From assembly GCA_965228895.1 (NCBI GenBank), contig OZ245842.1:1312001-1376000 (forward strand): DNA of 64,000 bases, in the 5' to 3' direction. A program made the position numbers and the translations under genes. The stretch is from Alphaproteobacteria bacterium (GTDB taxonomy: Bacteria > Pseudomonadota > Alphaproteobacteria > SP197). The notes beneath the pieces were generated by a model that saw only the letters and a list, made by a program, of their open reading frames with translations, was not told the DNA's origin and ran no database searches. Below, piece by piece: positions 30,496 through 39,904 of the stretch (position 1 is its first letter; every line of letters starts with the position of its first letter).

Positions 30496-31974
30496 CTAGA
30501 GGATTTTGAACGCCCCGGGCTGAATCTCCGCCGACCGCGGTTCCTGACCGCCGTCAATGGGCGTGGCCTTGTAGTTCGCATGGATGCCGTCGATCCAGGC
30601 ACGCGCCCGGTTGTTCAGTTCGAACTTCTTGGTCATCAAACGACCGCGCGTGATCAAGATGCCGAGATCCGCCCCTTCGTAGCGGTAGTCGCCGGGCCCG
30701 GCGATCCGCAGGAAAAACGCTTCGTTCTCATTCTCGACGGCGCGGCGGTGATAGTCAAAGCGGCCATACTCAACCTTCCCGTCGTCGCGCAGATGCCAGA
30801 TGCCGGACTGCGGCGCTTCGGTCACCTGTTCGACGGTGTCGGCCGTGTGTTTGATCACCAGTTGAGACCAGCTGTCGATATTATCGGGGTCCGACCAACG
30901 CTCGTTCAGTGCCGCGACATCGAACTCGAAGTCGACATCGCTGAACTCCAGCAGATGGAACAGGAAGAGCGGCGCATCGGCATGAGCGAAGGCCGCGTGG
31001 TTTGTCATGGAGCTGGCGCCGGTGACGCGTGGGTTCAGCTCGCCGAGCCATATCTCGTCGGTATCCCGGTCGATCAGGAAATCGAGCTCGAAGTAGCCGC
31101 GATAACCTTCCTTACGCAGCTGCTCGCCGAAGCGGAAGGTCAGGTCACGCGCGGTGGTTCGGATCTCTGGTGTGAAGGACTCGGCAAAGATCTCGTTACC
31201 GGCCCAACCGCCCTTGTAAGGTGTTAGCTCCTCAAAACCGACGATCTCGGTCATCAGGGGGCCGACGATCGTCCCGGCCTTGGTTGTGCAGCCTTCGATC
31301 GCTGCCTGACGGCAGGCGATGCGCTTCATGATTTTTGTGTCGCCTTGATCGATGATCTCGTCGGCGTGTTTGTTCCAGTCCTTCTCGTTCTGAATAAAGA
31401 ACGTTGTGTGTCCGGAATCGCCGTACGCCGTCTGCACGACCAGATCATCACCCAGGCCGGCTTCGGTGCTGCGCGCGACAAGGTCATCATAAGACGCCAG
31501 CGGCGCCAGCACGTTGGGCACCGATGGCACACCCGCCGCGTTGCCGATTCTGACCGTCTCGACCTTGTGATCCAGCCGTGTCCTGAGCGCAGCCTCAGGG
31601 AACCAGACATCCATGCCGGCCTGTCTGGCGAGTGATTCCGTCTCCTCGTCGAACATCAGGAAGGCGGCCTTGGCTTTACCGCCGCGCCTGTTGATCAGGT
31701 TGAGAACGTCGGGGTGTTGCAGCAGATAGTTGTTGATGTCTTCGATCGACTGAAACTCGTCATGGGGCCGCTCTGGCGGGACAAAAGTGTTGGGATGGCG
31801 GCCGTCATAGCAGTCCAAATAGTTGATAAATTTGAAGTTTTTGACCCACTCATCCATGCCCAAGAGGTTGAAGTTGGTCGCGCTGATAAAGTAGATCGGC
31901 GTATCGTTGCGGTGAAAAAATCGGCGTATGTCCGATAGTCCGCGAAGTTTCTGCTGCTTCTTCTTGCCAGCCAT
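30496..31974 (-). CDS. ATP-grasp domain protein (peptide-ligase/'biotin carboxylase'-like)
   Basis: AGVPSVP, QTAYGDSGHTTF, YRGYFELDFL and LGELNPRVTG. Confidence 0.75.
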   Translation of the reverse strand: MAGKKKQQKLRGLSDIRRFFHRNDTPIYFISATNFNLLGMDEWVKNFKFINYLDCYDGRHPNTFVPPERPHDEFQSIEDINNYLLQHPDVLNLINRRGGKAKAAFLMFDEETESLARQAGMDVWFPEAALRTRLDHKVETVRIGNAAGVPSVPNVLAPLASYDDLVARSTEAGLGDDLVVQTAYGDSGHTTFFIQNEKDWNKHADEIIDQGDTKIMKRIACRQAAIEGCTTKAGTIVGPLMTEIVGFEELTPYKGGWAGNEIFAESFTPEIRTTARDLTFRFGEQLRKEGYRGYFELDFLIDRDTDEIWLGELNPRVTGASSMTNHAAFAHADAPLFLFHLLEFSDVDFEFDVAALNERWSDPDNIDSWSQLVIKHTADTVEQVTEAPQSGIWHLRDDGKVEYGRFDYHRRAVENENEAFFLRIAGPGDYRYEGADLGILITRGRLMTKKFELNNRARAWIDGIHANYKATPIDGGQEPRSAEIQPGAFKIL

Positions 31975-32199
31975 GAATGGCTTCTCCCTAACGTGCCGGT
32001 CGTGCCGATGAAGTCCGGCGCAACGCGCGTGATTGCCTCTTTCGATCGGTTTCGACAGCCGGCTTGCCCCTACAACATCCAGACACAACATGACCGACGC
32101 CGAGCAAGGCCCCCTGTTTAGCCCCGGGGTGTTTTCTTGCTATGCTTAGATTAAGTCAGATCAACTGACGGTCCAATCCGCGATGAGGACTCGCTAGAA

Positions 32200-32763
32200 A
32201 TGTCTTGCCTTGCCAATCGGGGGATGATCGGCGTCATCGCGCTGATGGGTGTTCTGGCCCTAACAGCCTGCGTCAAGCCGACACCCTATCAGCCACGTCA
32301 GGATGGCTACGGCTACAGCAGCACGCAGCTGGAGCCGAACCGCTATCGTGTCACGTTCTATGGCAACACCAGGACGTCACGCGAGACGGTAGAGAACTAT
32401 TTGCTTTATCGCGCGGCCGAACTGACGCTGGAGGTCGGCGGCGATCACTTCGAAGTGGTCGAGCGCGATACCGAACGCGACGTCAACACCTATACCAGCT
32501 ACAACGTCTATCCCGGCGGCAGCCTGTTCTACGGCTACCGATCCTATCGCGGCCCCTATTATGGGCCTTACTACGGCCCGTTCTATGGACCGTACTACGG
32601 TGCGAGTTTCGGTACGGCGACGACGCGCACGACGGAGAAGTTCGAGGCCACCGTCGAGTTTCTGGCATACCGCGGCCCCAAACCGCCTGACGATCCCTAC
32701 TCGTACGATGCGCGCGAGATCATCGCCAACCTGGGCCCGCAAATTCGTTACCCCGCCGACTAG
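32200..32763 (+). CDS. Lipoprotein, CC0125/CC1285-like
   Basis: Lipobox LTAC, PTPYQP..GYS, RYRVTF.GN and YLLYRAAELTL. Confidence 0.8.
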   Translation: MSCLANRGMIGVIALMGVLALTACVKPTPYQPRQDGYGYSSTQLEPNRYRVTFYGNTRTSRETVENYLLYRAAELTLEVGGDHFEVVERDTERDVNTYTSYNVYPGGSLFYGYRSYRGPYYGPYYGPFYGPYYGASFGTATTRTTEKFEATVEFLAYRGPKPPDDPYSYDAREIIANLGPQIRYPAD

Positions 32764-32770
32764 TATCGGT

Positions 32771-33424
32771 TCACGCAGCGTTGGTGACGATCTCCCAACC
32801 GTCGACACTGGCACGCCGTCTGAGCTTGCGGTCGGGCTGCACCGCAACGGGATGGCCGACCGCGCCCAATAGCGTGAGGTCGTGCACTGAATCGCCGTAG
32901 GCGGTCGTCTCTGCAAGTGTGGTCTTTTGTTGTGCGGCGAGTTGTTCGGCGATCAGAAGCTTTTGTTCCCGGTACGGGTGTTGCACGGGTGGTGCGACCG
33001 CAAAATGTCCATTGACTGTTCGGCATTGGGTTGCGCAGACCCTGTCGACCTTTAGGTGCCGTCCCAGCACATTGGCCAAGAAGTCGGGAGCCCCGGTCAA
33101 CAGCACCACGCGGTCACCTGCCGTACGGTGCTTTTGCAGGCGCTCGACCATGTCAGGGCGCAGCAGGGGGATAAGAGCCCTCACCGTAAACTGCTCGGCC
33201 TCACGGCAGACTGTGTCAATTGCCATGCCTGCCAGGTAGTCCTTGTTGCGCGCCATGCCATGGGGATCGCCGGCGAGGACGGCGGCGATCAGCGCCCGTC
33301 CGCCGCGCGCCAGTTGCCGTGGTCCAACCAGGCCGCGCCGCAGCATGTGGGCGAAGAACCGTTTCTCGCTGCTCGGTAGAGGCAGCAACGTTCCGTCCAG
33401 GTCGAACAGCGCCAGCCGAGCTAT
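32771..33424 (-). CDS. HAD-IB family hydrolase (phosphatase); start codon uncertain, possibly ATA
   Basis: LALFDLDGTL, VVLLTGA and AYGDSVHDL..L..VGHPVAVQPD. No in-frame ATG/GTG/TTG lies near the domain start. Confidence 0.8.
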   Translation of the reverse strand: MARLALFDLDGTLLPLPSSEKRFFAHMLRRGLVGPRQLARGGRALIAAVLAGDPHGMARNKDYLAGMAIDTVCREAEQFTVRALIPLLRPDMVERLQKHRTAGDRVVLLTGAPDFLANVLGRHLKVDRVCATQCRTVNGHFAVAPPVQHPYREQKLLIAEQLAAQQKTTLAETTAYGDSVHDLTLLGAVGHPVAVQPDRKLRRRASVDGWEIVTNAA

Positions 33425-34053
33425 CGCCGGTCTCCCGCGGTCGAGTGGGGCCCAAGCAAGCCGCTTCCCATGACAAACTCGATGATGACCGGCAGGCCGC
33501 GGGCCAAGCAGGTCATGACAGAGATGCCGACCAGGATACCGGTGACAAGATGGAAGGTGCCGTACCACGTCGCCCACAGGCCGGGATCGACGGCAGGCAG
33601 CGGTTGCATCAGCAGCACCCAGCCAAAGGTGACGGCCTTGACGGTGCCATAGAACCCACGCATGAAGCGACCGGCGACCAAGAATTTGCCGACCGGCGAG
33701 CGCATCATGCCGAAGGCCGTCTCGCCATCGGAGATCGCGCCATAGCGGATCGAGTCGACGATGGTGCCACGCACGATGAAGACCAGCGCGACCCAGATCG
33801 GGATGAGGTCGAGATCGGCCAGGACGATCCACAGGACATATTCGACGATACGGTCAACGGCGATGTCGAAGATCGATCCGAATGCGGTTGTTTCATGCCG
33901 CTTGCGCGCGACATAGCCGTCCAGGCCGTCGAGCGCGATGATGACGAACAGAAGCGGCATGTTGATGAGTTGCCATGCGGGCGGTGCCTGATAGGCCATG
34001 GCGACGAGGACAAACAGCAGCCCGAAACGCAGCAGCGTGATCATATTGGCCAT
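33421..34053 (-). CDS. CDP-alcohol phosphatidyltransferase family protein
   Basis: ANMITLLR and the DGLDGYVAR...FGSIFDIAVDR signature. Confidence 0.88.
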   Translation of the reverse strand: MANMITLLRFGLLFVLVAMAYQAPPAWQLINMPLLFVIIALDGLDGYVARKRHETTAFGSIFDIAVDRIVEYVLWIVLADLDLIPIWVALVFIVRGTIVDSIRYGAISDGETAFGMMRSPVGKFLVAGRFMRGFYGTVKAVTFGWVLLMQPLPAVDPGLWATWYGTFHLVTGILVGISVMTCLARGLPVIIEFVMGSGLLGPHSTAGDRR

Positions 34054-34146
34054 GCGTCGCATCTCCGCTGAACCAAAGCACAGCGCCCCCCGCGACAGTC
34101 CCTCTACCTCTACATATGGGTTCTTTTTCTCAGATGTCACATGTGC

Positions 34147-35355
34147 TCATGTCGCGGCGTCGAGGGCGCCGCCGATGTCGTCCATCAGGTCCTCGACGTT
34201 CTCCAATCCGACCGACAAGCGCACCAGGCCGTCGCTCAGCCCATGTTCGGCGCGCTCTTCAGCGCTGTAGGACGAGTGGGTCATGCTGGCGGGGTGTTGC
34301 ACCAGCGTCTCGCTGTCGCCAAGGCTGACGGCGCGGGTCACCAGGTCGACATGGTTCATGAACGCCAGCCCCGCCGCCATGCCGCCCTTGAGCTCGAACG
34401 CCAACAGGCCGCCGCCGCCGGACATCTGGCGCCGGGCCACGTCACGCTGGGCGAAGTCGTCTCGCCAGGGGTAAGACAACGACGCAACGGCGCGATGTCC
34501 GGCCAACGAGTCGGCGATGCGCATCGCGCTTTCGGAATGGCGGGCCATGCGGATCTCCAAGGTCTTCAGGCCGCGCATGATCAGAAAGGCGGCCATCGGC
34601 GACAAGGTTGCGCCTGTGAGATAGCGCAGCCCATGCTGGCGCACCTGATGAACCAGATCGGCGGGCCCGACCAAAAGACCGGCGAGCAGATCGCCATGGC
34701 CGCCGAGGAACTTCGTCGCCGAATGGACGACGAGATCAGCGCCGTGATCAAGCGGGCGCTGCAGGGCAGGGGTCGAGAAGGTGTTGTCGACGACGGTCAG
34801 GGCACCGTGTGTTTTGGCAATCGATGAAATCGCGGCGATGTCGATGACGCGAAGGTTGGGGTTGGCCGGCGTCTCAAAGAAGACGACCTTGGTCTTGTCC
34901 GTGATGACCGCTTCCAGGTTCGCCGGGTCGGTCAGATCCGCCAGGTGCACGTCGACGCCGAAGCGTGGCAGCCCATGGGTGAAAAACGAGAACGTGTTGC
35001 CGTAGACCGTGTGATCCAGCACCACCTGGTCGCCGGCCGACAGCAACGTCCACATGGTCGCGGTGATCGCGCCCATGCCGGTGGCGAGCGCCAGGGCGGC
35101 TTCGCCGCCTTCCAGGCTGGCGACCCGATCTTCCAACAGCGCCTGGGTCGGGTTGCGCGTGCGGCCATAGACGTACCCCGGCCGCTCGCCGCGAAACATT
35201 TCGCCGCCGGCTTCCGCCGATTCGAACGCATAGGTCGATGTCATGAAGATTGGCGGCGTCAACGCACCGTGTTCGCTGGCCGGGTTGTATCCGTGATGGA
35301 TGGCCCGCGTCGAAAATCCAAGTTTTCGGTTATCGCCTTCTTTTGATGCCGCCAT
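34147..35355 (-). CDS. mdeA: Methionine gamma-lyase (Cys/Met metabolism PLP enzyme)
   Basis: [51 protein letters not shown] and VRLSVGLE. Confidence 0.85.
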   Translation of the reverse strand: MAASKEGDNRKLGFSTRAIHHGYNPASEHGALTPPIFMTSTYAFESAEAGGEMFRGERPGYVYGRTRNPTQALLEDRVASLEGGEAALALATGMGAITATMWTLLSAGDQVVLDHTVYGNTFSFFTHGLPRFGVDVHLADLTDPANLEAVITDKTKVVFFETPANPNLRVIDIAAISSIAKTHGALTVVDNTFSTPALQRPLDHGADLVVHSATKFLGGHGDLLAGLLVGPADLVHQVRQHGLRYLTGATLSPMAAFLIMRGLKTLEIRMARHSESAMRIADSLAGHRAVASLSYPWRDDFAQRDVARRQMSGGGGLLAFELKGGMAAGLAFMNHVDLVTRAVSLGDSETLVQHPASMTHSSYSAEERAEHGLSDGLVRLSVGLENVEDLMDDIGGALDAAT

Positions 35356-35491
35356 GATCTGCCTCTGATTCCTGGAATGCCGAGCGTTAGACCGGATTGG
35401 GGGGCGCGCGCAAGCATCGGGCCTTGACGATGGCTCCGGTGGTGACCAGTTATGGACGGGCGTATTTGGATCTGAGGGAAGGAATATCACC

Positions 35492-35974
35492 ATGTCATCC
35501 ACCGTTCGCCGACTTTGCGCGGCCGCTGCCTTGGCCGCTGCCACGTCGTTGCCCGTCGCGGCCAGCGCCGACTCAATCGATACCGAGTCCGGTTATCTGC
35601 GTTGCGATGTCGAGGGATCCGTCAGCTTCATCTTCGGCTCGACTCGCGATGTCACCTGTACGTTCGATCCTGTGGGCGACGGCCCGGTGGAGACCTACAC
35701 CGGATCCATCGAGCGTTACGGCATCGATATCGGATACATGGAAAGCTCGGTCATGCTGTGGGGTGTATTGTCGACCGGAGAGCCGGTGCCGGCAGGTGGG
35801 CTTGCCGGATCCTATGCCGGTGTCAGCGCCGAGGTTGCCGCCGGCTACGGCGTTGGTGCCAACGTTCTGGTGTTCGGCGAGAAATCGCTGGCGCTACAGC
35901 CCCTGAGCGTTCAGGGCGGTGAGGGCCTCAACATTGCCGCGGGCGTCGCCGAACTCAAACTCGAGCATAACTGA
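35492..35974 (+). CDS. Secreted DUF992 family protein
   Basis: Signal peptide, G.LRC, FIFGS..C.F, YGIDIG, GVGANVL and LQPLSVQG. Confidence 0.85.
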   Translation: MSSTVRRLCAAAALAAATSLPVAASADSIDTESGYLRCDVEGSVSFIFGSTRDVTCTFDPVGDGPVETYTGSIERYGIDIGYMESSVMLWGVLSTGEPVPAGGLAGSYAGVSAEVAAGYGVGANVLVFGEKSLALQPLSVQGGEGLNIAAGVAELKLEHN

Positions 35975-36039
35975 CCGCTAGAACGGGCCACGATGGGGCG
36001 GAACCGTTGAGAGGTTCCGCCCGATCTCGTCGCTCTGCA

Positions 36040-36792
36040 CTACGCGCCGGAGAGCGTCCCGCCGTCGACGGGCATGGCAACGCCCGTGGTGAACGAGGCG
36101 CTGTCCGACGCGAAATAGAGGACCGCATCGGCGATCTCGTCGGGGCGTGCCATCCGTTTCATCGGCGCGTGGGCGTGGGCGGCCTCCATGAAGGACACGT
36201 CGTCCCCGGTTAGGGCGCCGGCGTTGTGCATCATGTCGGTATCCACATTGCCGGGACACACACAGTTGACCCGGATGGCCGGCGCCAGCTCCCATGCCAT
36301 GGCTTTGGTCAGGTTGACGACACCGCCTTTGGCCGCGCAGTAGGCGGCCGCGTTGAGGTAACCGACCAAGCCTGACTCCGATGCAATGTTGACGATGTTG
36401 CCGCCTGACGTGATGAGCGCCGGTAAGGCCGCCTGGGAACAGAAGAACGTGCCACCCAGATTGACCGAGATCGCGCGTGTCCAATGGGCCTCGTCGATCT
36501 CGGCGACCGGCGACTCCTCATAGACCCCCGCCGAGTTGACCAGCACATCCAGACCGCCCAAGCCGTCAACGGCGTCGGCGACCAGCTTCTTGCAGGCATC
36601 CGGTTCGCCGATATCGCCGGTCACGGCTATTGCTTGGGTTCCCCGCAGATCGTCAGACCACGCATCAAACGAGGCATCGCTACGCCCGGCGATGGCGACA
36701 TGCGCGCCGGCGTCGAGGAACCGCCTGACCGTGGCCGCGCCGATGCCGCGCGTGCCGCCGGTCACCAACACCCGTTTGCCGTCAAAGGACAT
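36040..36792 (-). CDS. SDR family oxidoreductase
   Basis: TGGTRGIG, VNSAG and YCAAK. Confidence 0.9.
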   Translation of the reverse strand: MSFDGKRVLVTGGTRGIGAATVRRFLDAGAHVAIAGRSDASFDAWSDDLRGTQAIAVTGDIGEPDACKKLVADAVDGLGGLDVLVNSAGVYEESPVAEIDEAHWTRAISVNLGGTFFCSQAALPALITSGGNIVNIASESGLVGYLNAAAYCAAKGGVVNLTKAMAWELAPAIRVNCVCPGNVDTDMMHNAGALTGDDVSFMEAAHAHAPMKRMARPDEIADAVLYFASDSASFTTGVAMPVDGGTLSGA

Positions 36793-36824
36793 CCAGCACC
36801 TCGTCGACGTGTTTGTTTTGAAAG

Positions 36825-37910
36825 TTAGCCGGTGCGGCGCCGACGAAGGTCGCTGGGCACTTGGCGAAAGGCGCGCTTGAAACAGCGGCTGAAATGGGAG
36901 GCGTCGGCGAAGCCGCAATCGTCGGCGATCTGGGTCACCGTGCGCTTGGTATGGGTCAACAGCCAGCGCCCATGCCTAAGCCGCATGGCACGATAGTAGG
37001 TTTGTGGACTGACCCCGACGCTGTTGCGGAAGCTGCGCTCCAGTTGTCGGACGCTGGACCCGACGCGACCGGCGATCTGGCCGATCCGCGGCGGGTTGTT
37101 CATATGGCGCTCCATGATGACCAGCGCGCGTTTGACGCGATCGTCAAATCCCCGGAACGATCCGTCGACCAGCGGCAGCCGCTGGTGGTTCGGACTGCGA
37201 ATCCCGTCGACCACGAGGTGCGGCAAAATCTTGAGCGCGCGATCATGGCCGCAATGCCGATCGACGAGGATGGCTGCCAGATCGATCACCGCGGTTCCGC
37301 CGGCGCAGGTCAGGCGGTCGCGATCGACAACCACGACGTCGCCGCGAACGGCGTGGATGGCCGGAAAGGCCTGCGAGACATCGATGTCGTGATCGCCATA
37401 GACACAACAGCGGTAACCATCCATCAGCCCCGCCCTGGCAAGGACAAAGACACCCGTGCCGACGCCGACCAGCGGTATGCCTTGCGCGGCGGCACGGCGC
37501 AGATAGTTCAGCGTTGCGTCATCGTGTGCGGGATCGCTGGTCAATGGTCCGCCGACCACGACGAGGTAATCGAACTTCGCCGGTTCGCCAAACGTCTCTT
37601 CGGGCGGTATGGCTATGCCGCAGCTCGATTGCACCGGACGCAAGTCGGCGCCGACCAGTGACCAGCGGCAGCGTATCTGGCGGCTGCGCTCGCCGATATC
37701 CCCGGCGATACGCAGGGCGTCAACGAAACCGGCGAAGGCGAGCAGCGTGAATGACGGCGTCAGGACAAAACCGACGTTCAGGTCGGGTGTCACGTCATCG
37801 GGTGGTGCCACGCTGAGGGTGGGCGCGTGCGTCGAAGCAGAACGGTCGAGCGCGGAAGGCTCCCGACCACCTGCTGAACCGTCATGCTGGCCGCTTGCGG
37901 CCTCTGTCAC
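36825..37910 (-). CDS. GlxA family (DJ-1/AraC) transcriptional regulator
   Basis: FTLLAFAGFVDALR, FDYLVVVGG, and AraC HTH SVRQLER.F..CGFADASHFSR.F. GTG start with AAGGAG RBS. Confidence 0.88.
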   Translation of the reverse strand: MTEAASGQHDGSAGGREPSALDRSASTHAPTLSVAPPDDVTPDLNVGFVLTPSFTLLAFAGFVDALRIAGDIGERSRQIRCRWSLVGADLRPVQSSCGIAIPPEETFGEPAKFDYLVVVGGPLTSDPAHDDATLNYLRRAAAQGIPLVGVGTGVFVLARAGLMDGYRCCVYGDHDIDVSQAFPAIHAVRGDVVVVDRDRLTCAGGTAVIDLAAILVDRHCGHDRALKILPHLVVDGIRSPNHQRLPLVDGSFRGFDDRVKRALVIMERHMNNPPRIGQIAGRVGSSVRQLERSFRNSVGVSPQTYYRAMRLRHGRWLLTHTKRTVTQIADDCGFADASHFSRCFKRAFRQVPSDLRRRRTG

Positions 37911-38115
37911 GGCGTGCTCCTTAGTGTGCGCTCGCCCGGCCAAGCGCCAGGATCGATCACACAGTCTATGGCGTGCCGTCTCGTCGGTCGACGGCTGGTG
38001 CGCGTTCGCTAACAATCTATCCCAAGACTTGTACCCAGGTCGCTGGTCGACGTGAGAATGCGGTCATGCGACATCTGCCAAGATCATTCGGCGGCGACGA
38101 TAGGGAGACCCAGCC

Positions 38116-38886
38116 ATGGCTATGCCAACGCGGCGCATCGATCTCAGCAACCAACGGGTTCTGGTCACGGGCGGCGGTGGTGGCATGGGCCGCGACATCG
38201 CGCGAACTTTCGCGGTCTGGGGCGCGCGGGTCGCCGTGTGTGATCTGACGTTGGAGGGCGCCCGGTCCACCTTGACCGTGATCAACGACGTCGGCGGTGA
38301 CGGCTTTGCGGCGGCCATGGACGTGGCCGACGAGCAGTCAGTGGCTGCCGGTGTTGCAGCGTGCTGGGATGCGCTGGGCGGGTTTGACCTTCTGGTCAAT
38401 AACGCCGGTGTTCTCACCGTCTCCGACGTCGTCGACATGCCATTGAAAGACTGGCGCTTTGTGCTCGACGTCAATGCGACGGGTGTTTTCCTTGTCAGCC
38501 GGGAAGTCGCCCGCATGATGATCCAACAGGCGACGCCGGCATCGATTATCTCGACGTCGTCGATCTCGGGAAAGAGCGGCGATGCCGGATTGGCCCATTA
38601 CTGCGCGTCAAAGTTCGCGGTGGTTGGGTTCACCCAGGCGCTGGCGCGCGAACTTGCCGTGCACGACATTCTGGTCAACGCGATCTGTCCGGGCATTGTC
38701 GAAACGACAATGATGGACAACCTGACCCGTGATGCCCAAACCTCGGTCGAGGCCTATGTCAGCGAGCAGTTGATCAAACGCTCCCAAACGCCCGAGGACA
38801 TGGCCTACGCGATGGCGTTCCTGCACACGTCGCGGGCAATGACCGGGCAGGCTCTGAACGTCGACGGGGGCACGGTCTTCAATTGA
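38116..38886 (+). CDS. SDR family oxidoreductase
   Basis: TGGGGGMG, VNNAG and YCASK. Confidence 0.9.
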   Translation: MAMPTRRIDLSNQRVLVTGGGGGMGRDIARTFAVWGARVAVCDLTLEGARSTLTVINDVGGDGFAAAMDVADEQSVAAGVAACWDALGGFDLLVNNAGVLTVSDVVDMPLKDWRFVLDVNATGVFLVSREVARMMIQQATPASIISTSSISGKSGDAGLAHYCASKFAVVGFTQALARELAVHDILVNAICPGIVETTMMDNLTRDAQTSVEAYVSEQLIKRSQTPEDMAYAMAFLHTSRAMTGQALNVDGGTVFN

Positions 38887-39080
38887 TATCGGCTCACGAC
38901 TGCATCGCATGGTTGTAGTCGCTTTGTGGCCGATTCGGTCCGCATCGATCGCAATCGACGCGACCGTCGGCGTAACCCCATTTTGCCGTGCCCGTTCGGT
39001 CCCGCCGCCTGTCGCAAACCGGGACGAACTCTGTCTCACACTGGCACAAATTTGCGTGACGCGGCGGCGTCGACCGGCCC

Positions 39081-39608
39081 CTAATTCCCGTCGACAAGTG
39101 GCAGCGGCTGCTCAAGCACAGGGATGCTGTCGTCCGGCGCCTCGGTAAGGGCCATGCGACCGTTGGCAATATCGGCGGCGAATTCGGCCAGGGCCGTGGG
39201 CGACAGGCCGTCGATCTCGGTATGACGGCGGGCCAGGTCGGTGAAGGTCTGAGCGCACCAGGGTGCGTGTGCTTCAACACCCGCTGGACTGCCCAAACGC
39301 AGCTTGAGCGCGGCTGCGGCCAATCGAATCAAGGACTTACGGAACAGCCATAGGTCTGAGTCGCGGTCCGCGTCGCGCCACGCCGATTCCCAGACCTCGT
39401 GGGCTTCCCAGAAGTATCCGTTATTGAACAGGTCAATGCCGTACGCAATCGCGGTCGAAATGTCATCGACGGATGCCAGCTTGTGATGCCCGGCGGGCGC
39501 CCGCAGCGGATGGATGGTGTCGCCGGGAACGTAGGCATAGAGGGGAAAATCAAGGGATGGGGACAATCGCGGTCGGTCCGAAAGATGGGTGGTCCGAATC
39601 TTGCTCAT
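39081..39608 (-). CDS. DUF309 domain protein
   Basis: PLYAYVPG..HP and GIDLFNNGYFWEAHEVWESAW. Confidence 0.85.
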   Translation of the reverse strand: MSKIRTTHLSDRPRLSPSLDFPLYAYVPGDTIHPLRAPAGHHKLASVDDISTAIAYGIDLFNNGYFWEAHEVWESAWRDADRDSDLWLFRKSLIRLAAAALKLRLGSPAGVEAHAPWCAQTFTDLARRHTEIDGLSPTALAEFAADIANGRMALTEAPDDSIPVLEQPLPLVDGN

Positions 39609-39657
39609 AATACTTTTGAATTACCTATAATGTGTAGATATGGAGAGAGTCGTGCCC

Positions 39658-39687
39658 TTGCTTGGTTGTCCGGTAATACAACATAAT
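39658..39687 (+). promoter_or_regulatory. Candidate sigma70-type promoter for the cyclase gene
   Basis: TTGCTT-18nt-CATAAT in an AT-rich intergenic stretch. Confidence 0.3.
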
Positions 39688-39904
39688 GGTGCGCAATCTG
39701 GAGCCTGTGTTTTCGGTATGCGCCCAAATGCCGCGACAGCCTCGTCGGGGTCAGCGAACAGGCGCATCGACTAATCGCAACAGATTGCTACGGCAATCAT
39801 CGGTGAAGCAACGTGGGGGCGTTCGTGAACACCATGATGGGAACAGCAGGCGATACCCGGATCATGTCCTGTACCAAAAAAGCCGATAACGGCGGCGGTG
39901 CGTC

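Noticed and set aside
34147-35355. Methionine gamma-lyase as dedicated sulfide donor for YcaO-TfuA
   Set aside because: It is 8-9 kb away on the opposite strand with unrelated genes between; nothing in the sequence links them.
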